Of a stretch of DNA of 52,661 bases, positions 30,001 through 37,773 are shown piece by piece (position 1 is the stretch's first letter; the number at the start of each line of letters is the position of its first letter). The translations under genes and the position numbers were made by a program. Origin of the DNA: a virus (lineage: Duplodnaviria; Caudoviricetes); the IMG/VR virus record IMGVR_UViG_3300009537_000014, positions 1-52,661 of that record. One strand, given 5' to 3'. The notes under the pieces were generated by a model that was not told the origin of the DNA, did no database searches, and saw only the letters and a program-made list of their open reading frames with translations.

Positions 30001-32080
30001 TCCTCAAGAGTGGGAGAGAGGGTTTGGGAGGACGAGGGAAGCTCTTCTAAGCCAAGAGTTTCAATCTCAGAAGTTTAGAACCTTCAGCCACTTTGCCAAG
30101 TCTGTGAGAGAAAACTCCAAGCTACAGATGACCGATGACTTTGCCTGGAACATAGGTCATTACATTGCTGATGCTCAACACCGCATTCATGCTCAGTCGG
30201 GTCTCAATGCGATCAGGTTGATTGAGAACCCTAACAAGGTTGTGGCTACCGGCATGAAGAAGGGAGCTAAGTTAGAGAAGCTGTATCTTGTTGATTATGC
30301 CGAGAGGTATATGAACAAGTTTGAGGGTGATTCTAGACAGAAGCTATCTAAAGCTCGTGGGCTTCTGTCTGACAACGGTTACGCTCCAGTCAAGCGACAT
30401 TCAGGTCTAGCCAACAGAGCCAAGGGTGGTTTCTGGCAGCCGTATGCCCACAACAGTATCGCTAAGATCATAGATCAGATGTATCCAGATACCAAGCCTA
30501 CCAACTGGAAGTATTGGTTCCAGATGAACCAACTCCTCAAACGTGGTGTCATGTGGTCTCCGTATATGTGGATGGTGCAGATAGCGTCCTCACCTATGAT
30601 GTGGCTTAGTCCTGGCAAGACATGGAAGTACGGTATCAAGCCTCTGCTTACAGGTCATGTTCTTACGAAGGGTTTGAAGATTGGTGCTGACATGATGCAG
30701 GGTAAAGAGAATCCGTTTGAGGTATACGAGGCTGAGGGGATCGATGACCGCAAACTTCTTCTCTTTCAACGGTATGGCTTGCGTGGCTTTAGTCCAGAAG
30801 ATCTCTTAAATACTATGTTCGATACTGTCCGCAAAGAATGGTCTCATCCCAGGCAACGGTCTTTGCTAGAGGATATCAAGAAGACTTTTGGTATGAAAGG
30901 CGGCATAGACTCTTATGCTTTCGGTCATTACGTTTCACGGATCATGTACGAGTATGCGGATGCGTTGACTACGAAGATGATGAAGGCAGGTATGCCTATG
31001 GAGCTGGCAGCCAAGAGAGCCGTTGACTTTGCTAATGTAACGAGTGGTCTTATCAACCAGAACATCTATGGTGCTGAGAAGAGACTTCTTCAAGGTTTGC
31101 TTTTCGCTCGTGACTTTACGATGTCATTTGTAATGCAGACAACAGGAGCGTTGGGTTGGAAGCAGGAGTATTCTACCGAAGGCTGGAGGAGATGGACCAA
31201 CTCTGTCTTCCATGGGACTGTAAGCAAGGCAGACTTTGAAGCCCTCGTTCCTTATTATAGAGCACACTTGGGCAAGGTGTTCATGTGGAATTTCCTGTTG
31301 ATCAACCTGATACAGTATGGCTTGTCGTTCTTCAACAAGGACCAGGAAGAGAAAGGTATGTTTGCCTTTGAGAACGAGCCTGGAAGAAGGACTGACATCA
31401 AGCTTCCTTGGAAGGACAGGGATGGCAGGTGGATCTATATGAACCTTCTAGCGTTGAGAGAAGCTGACCAGGCATACGATGTTCTCTCTACGTTCCCTGG
31501 TTTCAAACAGTTGCTTGGAGGCAGAGGAGCGTTGGCTTGGGGCAGAGGCAAGTTTAATGCGGGCATCAATGTTCTCACAGGTCTTAAGAGCGGGTTTGAT
31601 TATGCTGGCAATCCTATAACAGGTGACCGGGATGTTGTTTCGGTAATCGAGTTTATCAGAGACTACTCTAAGTACACACTGAACTCAGCGTTACCTTCTG
31701 CCTTCAGAGGAGATCTTAAGAAGCCTGGAGGGGACTGGGGATTTCTAAGCAGTCAAGCTATAGGAACACCTCTTGTAAGGGGAAGGGTGCCTGCAGGCGG
31801 TGATATGAACAGAGCTATCACTATGCAGAGGGCTTATGCTAGAGAGCAGTATGACAGGCAAAGGACCAAGAACCTGGCTTATCCTATGTCTGGAGCTGAG
31901 CTTCTCAAGAAGATGAAGGACTCACCGAACCTTATGATCAATGATGAGGAGGTGCTTAGAAGACTGTTTCGAGAACATGGAGGTGCTTACTACCAGTATC
32001 TTATGGACAGGTATCCTTCGTACATCAGACAACAGCAAAGAAAAGCTTTACGCAGAAGGCGTAGACGAGGAGGAGAATAA
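24080..32080 (+). CDS. giant (2666 aa) internal virion / polyvalent ejection protein
   Basis: YDFSxY N-terminal repeats, zincin motif AHEIVH, polyvalent-protein-type block (FFQSKL...GVKDSEI...YEEL...FIDELQS...PFEKSW), hydrophobic C-terminal region. Confidence 0.75.
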   Translation: MPYDFSVYGTKAPAKAPGKAKKPEYDFSAYQTQPPIEPPGTAQAPKFDFSAYKTPVAPTNGKPTGAKPTFPAERTGTVRPIPEPPPYYQPDDPLKNEIAYVGYGFGSAVESAFRGAISSGFEMSRYGYQKIEQVQNPYVRNFLKTIYKATPLGFPQPERLDSIIKTLDPLSGRTPSLIPTFQESAMYKAAEAKKLGLGMRVLRAGENAAIDVAALIGMIYATKGLGLLRGTPQAAKLAQIARPTVAGKGIIGQFIKRPKMITLSTGEMVMQRGRAHMIPAIMGKGGEVLKSGHAVRQAIINKEMFKQALNLGTFMAVTHSGTPEERLKQGFFGFLYGATPPVTGMVLGKLGATLPKLAPAVANRMAAYLTDFTLNTALTTQLAYKHILEQSKGPDGSIDWNEAITHIVPQVITDMAFSFHTRASSKAVLEASYEKMLQKDPNLAKKYPNAEAWEKGEIARMGEMEKLSKVLTEMAGISGEAPVRGKGGFQGEVAEGKIGQKATIRIIESEPTPGVERLKVQSKAAKRKALRAVKEKAKQLEILLPSGRRARLDIDRMPESVRLQIEKAMAEPDPNAAVKQVYESLKDTIVYMGRGTVPGLKKPGIAAEARVWIGRDMLLGKQSTVSITDLPKRLDLHGRTPLDLNYRVEGYPKAEGLAELQVRVQAEYKRAHKNYLIKDVVTPQKAAEAKVDVWSREAASGVKAESPRIKSKISPEILDSLRRVIATAGYGKGRTFKIEFYEGETAKEKFNDGISAHTFFDGKTRTVRIHRELAEALYDEYHSGKNPGAFHQIGKEFPHLFRLNKEEFMKFVTAHEIVHATTGLDAGKDEQLVNILALEMAGKYDYASMLALKYHAQGKFIDYRLPQEEFLRLANQPLHTGVRELDRMMGYKDPSGMDSIRTADKKDALDALGGTEKITINDFFQSKLREVIYDRMAASATPEQILGLFKNNGVKDSEIEGNQLREFMEGKGKISRDELLAWVDEQSTRLDVQEEAVSRPSVVPEFVVSQPRRGYEELVYWMPGIKEVSSDRMHFGDIGKNRTIGWLRSQSFEASIKGETQQVKFIDELQSQRSQMIRRIRKGLIESVTDEKEFKKLINKLRFRVVDLGDLPDGRVDVEIAEQPFVYWFGEMEPGEGGMRFGTHPDAYMSQEAIDDAKAAGYTFEVERITDQEHLLTFADEVSHAERAASEYQQRESLLKFPFEKSWQDLILKRYVHKAVMEGADVIAWTHPEVQADRGMKENKAQTMYGQIIPQFFKKYFKLDVEHGDPEGFGFGKERILKDREGVELLAVPADNVPYVRLTPAIKDKILQNKQYFFFSDPPAKDTRKELNDVLRQKLNASSPEGLDRRWLYLPDAEDFTVYGRWAQHVQGLGINGMDYQSWRMSIDKSKVVYIFGKLEGEAKQVYDYARRQGKYIILNPTVKKGVELREEASDFYVHGGSEAWLEKVFTIPTDKLDYYNPEHQRAFDDLMKKSPPNTREWGQALIRRMRADVVEGEPGSDTEPLSPKDRIDQAYEDAMAQDVPSEMAKPFVDAMSRWNQIRRDVARTTPRERLDEELLKTDNENYRTVVDILGKFGSQYLGMFKEPRSLKGKRQTYGLIYEGMMKRLPEGRPEMLEHQWGGNIFTAKILARKWGESLRAVRNDPQSVKDVVNKEWNGRFQVLLAQAKQFKSPFINEIINEKNNILESMARVDQQRLRDRETLAIDQEPDKIGGPPIKANGATSIEGRHLGFLFSTILRGQKFFGTFNEDRYVRWVKKVVGGDEKFNKLFPPIQYVDPITRERLVGGIMNIKNGSELCNLIGYRVQHLIIEEVWKQVQNDGMKGGRRAMQERLDTYLGIMSRALQELQHKLGTPINQYILTEIGAGYRWGKTAEEKMEKQAVLDDFRKYAMKLVKDDAGRQRIETLIRRMDATDIRMPELFLKLLPPHVKNILTWYRASIERPLLDRMISSGLLDNAVLYKNVKMGFGPRFWAPQEWERGFGRTREALLSQEFQSQKFRTFSHFAKSVRENSKLQMTDDFAWNIGHYIADAQHRIHAQSGLNAIRLIENPNKVVATGMKKGAKLEKLYLVDYAERYMNKFEGDSRQKLSKARGLLSDNGYAPVKRHSGLANRAKGGFWQPYAHNSIAKIIDQMYPDTKPTNWKYWFQMNQLLKRGVMWSPYMWMVQIASSPMMWLSPGKTWKYGIKPLLTGHVLTKGLKIGADMMQGKENPFEVYEAEGIDDRKLLLFQRYGLRGFSPEDLLNTMFDTVRKEWSHPRQRSLLEDIKKTFGMKGGIDSYAFGHYVSRIMYEYADALTTKMMKAGMPMELAAKRAVDFANVTSGLINQNIYGAEKRLLQGLLFARDFTMSFVMQTTGALGWKQEYSTEGWRRWTNSVFHGTVSKADFEALVPYYRAHLGKVFMWNFLLINLIQYGLSFFNKDQEEKGMFAFENEPGRRTDIKLPWKDRDGRWIYMNLLALREADQAYDVLSTFPGFKQLLGGRGALAWGRGKFNAGINVLTGLKSGFDYAGNPITGDRDVVSVIEFIRDYSKYTLNSALPSAFRGDLKKPGGDWGFLSSQAIGTPLVRGRVPAGGDMNRAITMQRAYAREQYDRQRTKNLAYPMSGAELLKKMKDSPNLMINDEEVLRRLFREHGGAYYQYLMDRYPSYIRQQQRKALRRRRRRGGE

Positions 32081-32290
32081 GTGGAAGAGTTCATTCTGAC
32101 AGGAATACCGTGGCTGGATAAGGTCATGCCGATGCTGATCACTATCGTCGCCATCGGGTGGAGTATCGAGAAGATCTTGAGACTCATAGATACTCTGCTT
32201 CCGAAGGAAGTGACGATTGATAATGACATCGCAGAGTTCTTGGGTAGGATACTTAAGATGCTTGGTGGCATCATCAAAAAAAAAGAATAA
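32081..32290 (+). CDS. small membrane protein, holin candidate
   Basis: Hydrophobic helix, basic C-terminus, last gene of the late operon. Confidence 0.45.
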   Translation: MEEFILTGIPWLDKVMPMLITIVAIGWSIEKILRLIDTLLPKEVTIDNDIAEFLGRILKMLGGIIKKKE

Positions 32291-32295
32291 TCTTC

Positions 32296-32390
32296 TGGCT
32301 GGCATTCTGGATCACGGTTGGGAAGCACGTAAAGGTTACAAGAGAAGGGGGCTTGTTGGTGTTTTCCAGCCGTGAACCTATGTTCAGCCC
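32296..32390 (+). ncRNA. long stem-loop at the end of the late operon
   Basis: TCACGGTTGGGAAGCAC / GTGTTTTCCAGCCGTGA 17 bp with 3 G-U pairs; outer GGCTGG/TCAGCC; inner ACAAG/CTTGT. Confidence 0.45.
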
Positions 32391-32535
32391 TGAAGACTGT
32401 AGAGTTAACTATGGTGACAAACTGCAAGCATTGTTAGACAAGCATAAGATTGTACATAAGGACGAGCTGGTCAGAGATGAGGATGGTAAGTTTCGTACAT
32501 GGACCTATGAAGTCGGGGGCTAAAAAATAAAGTTC

Positions 32536-32564
32536 TTGACAGGTGTATGCTCCTGTAGTACCAT
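32536..32564 (+). promoter_or_regulatory. sigma70-type promoter of the middle block
   Basis: A-tract UP element, TTGACA (32536-32541), 17 nt, TACCAT (32559-32564). Confidence 0.7.
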
Positions 32565-32590
32565 GTGTACCATCGAAACAAAGGAGCCTT

Positions 32591-32845
32591 ATGAAGAAAG
32601 AGATGGAAGCATGTCCGCAGTTCATTAGTTGTTCCGCACCAGTTTGTCCGCTTTACATTTACCCATCCAAAGATTTCGAGACCCTACCTGGGGAACCTAC
32701 CTGTAAGATGAAGAAGAGTATCCGTATGAAACTAGGGAAAGATCTGCCCTTGAAGGGCATGACTGTCCGTGAGTACGGTCACTGGAAAGCCATGCAGGGG
32801 GTATACCGAGATAGGGAAGAGAGGGGTAAGGTTTTTTCCCCCTAG
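32591..32845 (+). CDS. Cys-motif hypothetical protein
   Basis: RBS AAGGAG; CPQFISCSAPVCPL...C. Confidence 0.6.
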   Translation: MKKEMEACPQFISCSAPVCPLYIYPSKDFETLPGEPTCKMKKSIRMKLGKDLPLKGMTVREYGHWKAMQGVYRDREERGKVFSP

Positions 32846-32897
32846 CTTGGAGGCATAAAACCCCCCTAAAACGGGGTGTCTAGAAAGGAATTAAGAC

Positions 32898-33197
32898 ATG
32901 AAAGACATAATCACTGGGGTAATGGTCATTGTCGTACTGGTAGCCGTTACCTTGCTAGCTAGCGACTGTATGAAGAAAGAGGAGACAGTATACCAGAAGG
33001 TCTGTGATGAGATGGTCTGCAAGCCCAACGAACTGAGAAGATACTGTGAGGCGTTCAATCTCGACCCAGAAGAGATTGCCATGTTTGAGGACACATGGGA
33101 TGCCTACGAGAAGTGGAACCGGGAGAGAGAGGCCAACGAGGAGGCTATGAAGCGTGCTGATACTCATACTGAGCTTGACACTGCTCAGCCCCTTTGA
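32898..33197 (+). CDS. membrane-anchored small protein (paralog 1)
   Basis: N-terminal TM helix; C-x4-C-P-L-R-YCE motif. Confidence 0.6.
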   Translation: MKDIITGVMVIVVLVAVTLLASDCMKKEETVYQKVCDEMVCKPNELRRYCEAFNLDPEEIAMFEDTWDAYEKWNREREANEEAMKRADTHTELDTAQPL

Positions 33198-33381
33198 AGG
33201 GAAGACTGACTACGAATGGATATGCGAGGAGCGGGGCTGTGACCCCGAGCTTCTTAGGGAATACTGCGAGGAGACACGCTTCAACCCACGTTATATCCAC
33301 CAGTCCGAGCTTCACTGGAGGGAGTTCTACGAGTGGAGGAGGGAGAGGATAATGGAGGAGATGATGGAGGAGAGTCGATGA
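33154..33381 (+). CDS. membrane-anchored small protein (paralog 2)
   Basis: Hydrophobic N-terminus; CEERGCDPELLREYCE. Confidence 0.55.
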   Translation: MLILILSLTLLSPFEGKTDYEWICEERGCDPELLREYCEETRFNPRYIHQSELHWREFYEWRRERIMEEMMEESR

Positions 33382-33599
33382 ATAAACTTGATAAGAAACT
33401 GAGGGATATCTTAGCAGATTATTGTCCTTCTGATTGTAACAATTGGATGAATCATACAGGAGCCATCCTCGCCATCAAGGCCGCTTTTCGAGATGTGATT
33501 CCAGAAAAATATGCTTATGAAAATGAAGACACTGTTAGGTTTGGCTACAACCGCTACCACGACAAACTCATAGCGATACTGGAGGGGAAGCATGACTAA
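33378..33599 (+). CDS. hypothetical protein
   Basis: ATGA overlap, RBS GGAGGAG. Confidence 0.55.
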   Translation: MNKLDKKLRDILADYCPSDCNNWMNHTGAILAIKAAFRDVIPEKYAYENEDTVRFGYNRYHDKLIAILEGKHD

Positions 33600-33792
33600 G
33601 CCGAGGAAGCCGAAGGCGGTGAGGGCGTGGATGTGGCGAGACAAACACGGAGAACACCATTTTACAAGAACACCTTGGTATAACGCCGATCTGATGGATT
33701 GGGATTTTGATGCGGTTGAGGTAGAGATTCCATTAAAGCCTATCCATCCGGTGAGGGAAAGGAAACGGGGGAAGTCGGAGGGGAAGGAGTGA
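33592..33792 (+). CDS. hypothetical protein
   Basis: RBS GGAGGGG, coupled ORF. Confidence 0.5.
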   Translation: MTKPRKPKAVRAWMWRDKHGEHHFTRTPWYNADLMDWDFDAVEVEIPLKPIHPVRERKRGKSEGKE

Positions 33793-34010
33793 TTTGTCCT
33801 ACTTGCCGTGAAGAAGGAAAGAAAAGCTATGTTTATAGTGTAGGAGCGACTACAACTTTGATGTATTGCCAACCCTACTATGACGAGGATGGTCAATATC
33901 ATCACCATGACAGTAACACCACGACTTACAGCTATCGTTGTTCCAATGGGCATGAGTGGAGGGAGAAAACCTCTGGGAGTTGTTGGTGTGGGTGGATGGC
34001 AAAGGAGTGA
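33789..34010 (+). CDS. zinc-binding hypothetical protein
   Basis: CPTC...HHHD...CSNGHEW...CWCG. Confidence 0.6.
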   Translation: MICPTCREEGKKSYVYSVGATTTLMYCQPYYDEDGQYHHHDSNTTTYSYRCSNGHEWREKTSGSCWCGWMAKE

Positions 34011-34176
34011 CAAGTTTGAGCGAGAGCGTTAAGTTTGGACATATTGCCGACAAGGAGGATGTCTAGTGTGGATACACTTACCGGATGGGGCTGGTATACG
34101 TCCGAGATGGTGCCACGACCTCTTTCCTACTTACAAACGCTACCAGCGGGTAGGATAGGCATGAGTTTGGAAAGAT

Positions 34177-34296
34177 TGCCGATGTGGTGGAATAGGTAGA
34201 CACGCTGAATATCTGATTGCAGGTCTCGCTGGGAGACAATACCGAGTCAGACGGTCTGGTCTCATATGAGGTGCAAATCTTCATCATCGGCAACCA
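34177..34296 (+). tRNA. non-canonical tRNA-like RNA (Leu-type D arm, enlarged central domain, encoded CCA)
   Basis: Acceptor (T)GCCGATG/CATCGGC(A), D arm GTGGAATAGGTAGACAC, T arm ATGAGG-TGCAAAT-CTTCAT, 3' ACCA; no canonical anticodon arm. Confidence 0.6.
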
Positions 34297-34599
34297 CTTT
34301 AGTCGAAGATGAGTCGGAGTAACAAAAGGAGGGTGGGATGAGCGAATGGACGATGGGCTTTGTTGTAGGGACTATCGTGGGGGCTGGTATGGTTATTCTG
34401 ATGGTGCAGTGGCTTGATTCATAAACCAACCGAGGACATGAGGGATGAACGTTGCACTTACAATAGGCATCTGTATCGGCATGATCTTATCACCAATCGT
34501 CTACGGCATCGTCCTGATATTGCGAGGTGAGCGAGGTTACCAACATGACCGATGAAGCGAGGGGGGAAACTATGAACGCTGATATGAAAGGAAAAGATA

Positions 34600-34824
34600 A
34601 TGGATACAAATACAGGCAAGGTATACAGCAGTTTAGAAGAAGCCGTAAAAGAGGCAGAGAACCCAAAAAGCGTTATCGAGTTCGATGAAGTTATGTTAGA
34701 AAGCAACAAATTGTTAATGGGCACTTTACGCTTTCTCATTAAAGACAACGCTTTTGATACGGAGTTTCTTTTAACAACGATAGTTGAGTATGTATGTAAC
34801 TCGGCAAGAGATAAGAAAGGATAA
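34600..34824 (+). CDS. hypothetical protein
   Basis: DTNTGKVYSSLEEA resembles a NUMOD1-like start. Confidence 0.45.
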   Translation: MDTNTGKVYSSLEEAVKEAENPKSVIEFDEVMLESNKLLMGTLRFLIKDNAFDTEFLLTTIVEYVCNSARDKKG

Positions 34825-34857
34825 GTCCACCCAACCAGACTGTATGCGAGGTGAGAA

Positions 34858-35100
34858 ATGAGCGAGAAGATGGATGACGCTGAGCGTAAAGCGAGGGAGA
34901 TAGTCAACAAGAATGAGCTTATCAAGGTGAAAGGCACTACCTACATAGTCAAGGATGCCATTGAAGCCGATATCGCCCAAGCCCTCCGCTCCGAATACGC
35001 CCGTGGAGTCAAGGACGGACAGAAGGCGGTTGCGGATGCTTTGAGCGTGGTACAGATGGCTTACTCGGATAAGAAACTGGGGGAGGTGGAAGGTGGATGA
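34858..35100 (+). CDS. hypothetical protein
   Basis: RBS GAGGTG; coupled to the next ORF. Confidence 0.55.
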   Translation: MSEKMDDAERKAREIVNKNELIKVKGTTYIVKDAIEADIAQALRSEYARGVKDGQKAVADALSVVQMAYSDKKLGEVEGG

Positions 35101-35644
35101 GGCGATGGAGAAAGCGATGGCAATAGTTTGCAAATACCTTAACTGCTCGGATTGTAATGATAATAAATATCCTGAATGTATGCTTTATGGTAGATGGAAA
35201 TGCGAAGGCAAATCTCTTGGTGACTCTATCTCTGCCACCCTCCGCTCCAAAGACAGGGAGAGGGTGCAAACTCAACTGGCTGAGAAGGAGAAGGAGATAG
35301 AAGATATCGAGAAAGCCAGACAAAGAGCTTGTAATGATGCGACAGGTTTAGCCGTTGAAGTTGACTCCCTCCGCACCCGAATCACCGAGTTGGAGGGGGA
35401 GATTCATTGGGTAACAGCAGGGTTGGCAAGAGAGGAACTCGCCCACAAAGACAAGCTGTTAGGGGTGGCGAAGGAGGCGTTAGAGCCATTTGCTCGTAAG
35501 TATGATGAATACGATGAACTTGTGCAAGAATGTCTTAAACGCCCAGAGCGAACAGCATGTGAGACTCTCACATTTACGCATACGAGAGACTTCTTTGCAA
35601 CAGCCAAACACGCACTCAACCAACTGGAGGGGAAAGATGGATGA
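35093..35644 (+). CDS. coiled-coil protein with N-terminal Cys cluster
   Basis: Cys-rich start, heptads, AKEALEPFA motif. Confidence 0.55.
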   Translation: MDEAMEKAMAIVCKYLNCSDCNDNKYPECMLYGRWKCEGKSLGDSISATLRSKDRERVQTQLAEKEKEIEDIEKARQRACNDATGLAVEVDSLRTRITELEGEIHWVTAGLAREELAHKDKLLGVAKEALEPFARKYDEYDELVQECLKRPERTACETLTFTHTRDFFATAKHALNQLEGKDG

Positions 35645-35972
35645 CGATGACTTGAAGGCTGAACTTGAACACGCCGACTACTGCTTTGATCGGGAGCGGG
35701 ATGAACTCGTTGACCGCATCCGTGAGCTTGAAGCGGAAGTGGAGAAGCAACGAGCCACCATCCAAGTTGCCGCTGATAAGTTGGCGATTGTTGGGGAGAC
35801 ACGAGGTGCCTTGTTTGCCACCCTCACTCTTGCGAAGGAGACTCTGGAGCCCTGTAGACGCTTTCTCCACGCTCATATTGAAGGTTCTTATACAGAGATT
35901 GATACTGCTGTATTGTATGACACTATTAAATCCGCCCTCGCCTCCATCAAGACGGCGTTGGGGGAGAAATGA
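35637..35972 (+). CDS. coiled-coil hypothetical protein
   Basis: RBS GGAGGGG; RIRELEAE and AKETLEP echo the previous gene. Confidence 0.55.
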   Translation: MDDDDLKAELEHADYCFDRERDELVDRIRELEAEVEKQRATIQVAADKLAIVGETRGALFATLTLAKETLEPCRRFLHAHIEGSYTEIDTAVLYDTIKSALASIKTALGEK

Positions 35973-36122
35973 AAGCAACACTATCGGGGAAATGGTCTGG
36001 GGATAAAGTGGTCGAGTTGGTAAACGCCTGTATGAAAACATACAAGAATGTGAAGGTGTATGCCACAATCAACATGTTTAAACCCGTCATCATTATTGAA
36101 GCTGAGGAGGAAAAGGACACCC

Positions 36123-36299
36123 ATGACCACTAAGGAAACCGTCAAAGACTTGATTATCAACGCCTTAGAAACAGATGGAGCACACCATAAACAATGGTAT
36201 CTGGAACGGATACTTGAGGCTCTTGGATTTGACCTCAAGACTGTGAAGGAAGAAGAAAACAAGAATGATTATGATTGGGAAGAAGGGATTGCTCCATGA
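36123..36299 (+). CDS. hypothetical phage protein
   Basis: DGAHHKQWYLERILEAL...WEEGIAP. Confidence 0.6.
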   Translation: MTTKETVKDLIINALETDGAHHKQWYLERILEALGFDLKTVKEEENKNDYDWEEGIAP

Positions 36300-36345
36300 C
36301 CACTAAGCCGAGTCTGGACATCCGAGCGAAACTGAAAGGGGAAGC

Positions 36346-37239
36346 ATGATTCTAAAGATCAGCCACAACTCAGCTAGCACCTATAGAGGCTGCCCTAAGA
36401 AGTATTATTGGTCTTATATACAGGGCTTGAAGCCTAAGAAGAAAGCTATCTCTCTTACTGTAGGAGGTATAGTACACGAAGGGTTTGATAAGTTCTACCA
36501 CGGGACATCTGATAACGATGTCCTTCTTCATATTCAGAAGAGGTTTGATGATGATATTGCGAAAGCGACCGTAGATGAACAAGAGGATCTACGGGTAGGC
36601 AAGTACATAGCCGAGGGTATGTGGATGTATTATCCTTGGAAGAACGTGAAGGAGTGGGATCAACATTTTCCAGAGAAGGAGTTTGATATACCGTTTCCGG
36701 GTCTTCGTGGAGTCAGGCTGGTAGGGAGGGTAGATGGTCTTGTTAAGAAGAATGGCAACTGGTGGGTCAGGGAGTTCAAGACTACTGGATTAACCCCACG
36801 GCAGTTTGAAGGGAGATGCAAGACCTCGGCTCAGGTTACAGGGTATGTATATGCTATGAGGGAGCTTGGGTATGCGGTTCAAGGGGTGCTGTTTGATGCG
36901 ATCAAGAAGCCTCTGTTACGTAAGCGTAAGACCGATACCGTAGACGACTACGGCAAGCGGATCATAGAGGACTACAAGGCAGATGCATCCTTACCAGAGA
37001 AGGATAGGAAGTGTTACTCAAGACCCACGTCTTACCGTAAAGACTCTGATCTCAGGTTGTTTCATGACGACATGGCTGAGATGGTCAGGGATATACGCAG
37101 GCGTAGACGGTCTAATGTTTGGTGGAGGAACCAGGACTACTGCTGGTCGTTCAACAGCGAGTGTCCTTACGAGAAGATATGCTTCATGGATAGCCCTGAC
37201 CCGCTAACTATGCAGGTATACTTCGATAAGAAACAATAG
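36346..37239 (+). CDS. PD-(D/E)XK exonuclease, Cas4/RecB-like
   Basis: SHNS..TYRGCPKKYY, G..VHE, GRVDGL...EFKT, QVTGY, C-terminal C..C..C cluster. Confidence 0.85.
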   Translation: MILKISHNSASTYRGCPKKYYWSYIQGLKPKKKAISLTVGGIVHEGFDKFYHGTSDNDVLLHIQKRFDDDIAKATVDEQEDLRVGKYIAEGMWMYYPWKNVKEWDQHFPEKEFDIPFPGLRGVRLVGRVDGLVKKNGNWWVREFKTTGLTPRQFEGRCKTSAQVTGYVYAMRELGYAVQGVLFDAIKKPLLRKRKTDTVDDYGKRIIEDYKADASLPEKDRKCYSRPTSYRKDSDLRLFHDDMAEMVRDIRRRRRSNVWWRNQDYCWSFNSECPYEKICFMDSPDPLTMQVYFDKKQ

Positions 37240-37366
37240 GAGGAGATATGGCAGACGTGAATTGGATCATGGTTATACCTATGATCTTTAACTTGTTCTT
37301 AGGACCGGCAGGTATATTGATATCCTTGTCCTATGTACTGTGGCTCGTAGTTGCGAGGATGATAGG

Positions 37367-37531
37367 ATGAAGATCAACGACTTCGCAAAAGAAGTAACCT
37401 TGTCAGTAGGAAGGCGTAGGAAGATTAGAGAAGTGAATATCTGCCAGGTGCTTGAGATATTCAGAGACATGAACATACGTACCAAGGGTGCGTTGTATGG
37501 AATCATACGAATGTATAGGGGGAGGAAGTAA
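37367..37531 (+). CDS. small basic hypothetical protein
   Basis: MKINDFAKEVTL..G...EVNICQV. Confidence 0.45.
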   Translation: MKINDFAKEVTLSVGRRRKIREVNICQVLEIFRDMNIRTKGALYGIIRMYRGRK

Positions 37532-37773
37532 TGCCAAGAGGAAAGAAGGAAGAAGAAATGAAGGAAGATTATAGTGAGCATATGGAGAAGGCGGTTCCTA
37601 GAGCCAACCCAATGCTAGAGACTATCATTGAACACCAGTGTAAGACCCTAGACAAGCTAGACAAGCTGATGGAGAAGACCGATGCGTGTCTGGATGCGAG
37701 TAAGGAGCTTGTGAAGGCTGTGGGTAAAGCGACTGAAGAGATGGGATTGAAGAGAAAGGCAGGTAGCTTTTAA
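37531..37773 (+). CDS. hypothetical protein
   Basis: TAATG coupling at both ends. Confidence 0.6.
   Translation: MPRGKKEEEMKEDYSEHMEKAVPRANPMLETIIEHQCKTLDKLDKLMEKTDACLDASKELVKAVGKATEEMGLKRKAGSF

Noticed and set aside
24080-32080. Virion RNA polymerase
   Set aside because: Neither a DxDGD/DFDID motif nor convincing T7/N4-type motifs were found by eye.
346-32427. Numerous - strand ORFs within the structural block
   Set aside because: Shadow ORFs antisense to well-supported, tightly packed + strand genes.
34085-34160. Possible ribozyme or tmRNA-like element upstream of the tRNA-like gene
   Set aside because: Only short alternative stems (GCTGGTA/TACCAGC, TCCTAC/GTAGGA); no recognisable catalytic core or tag ORF.
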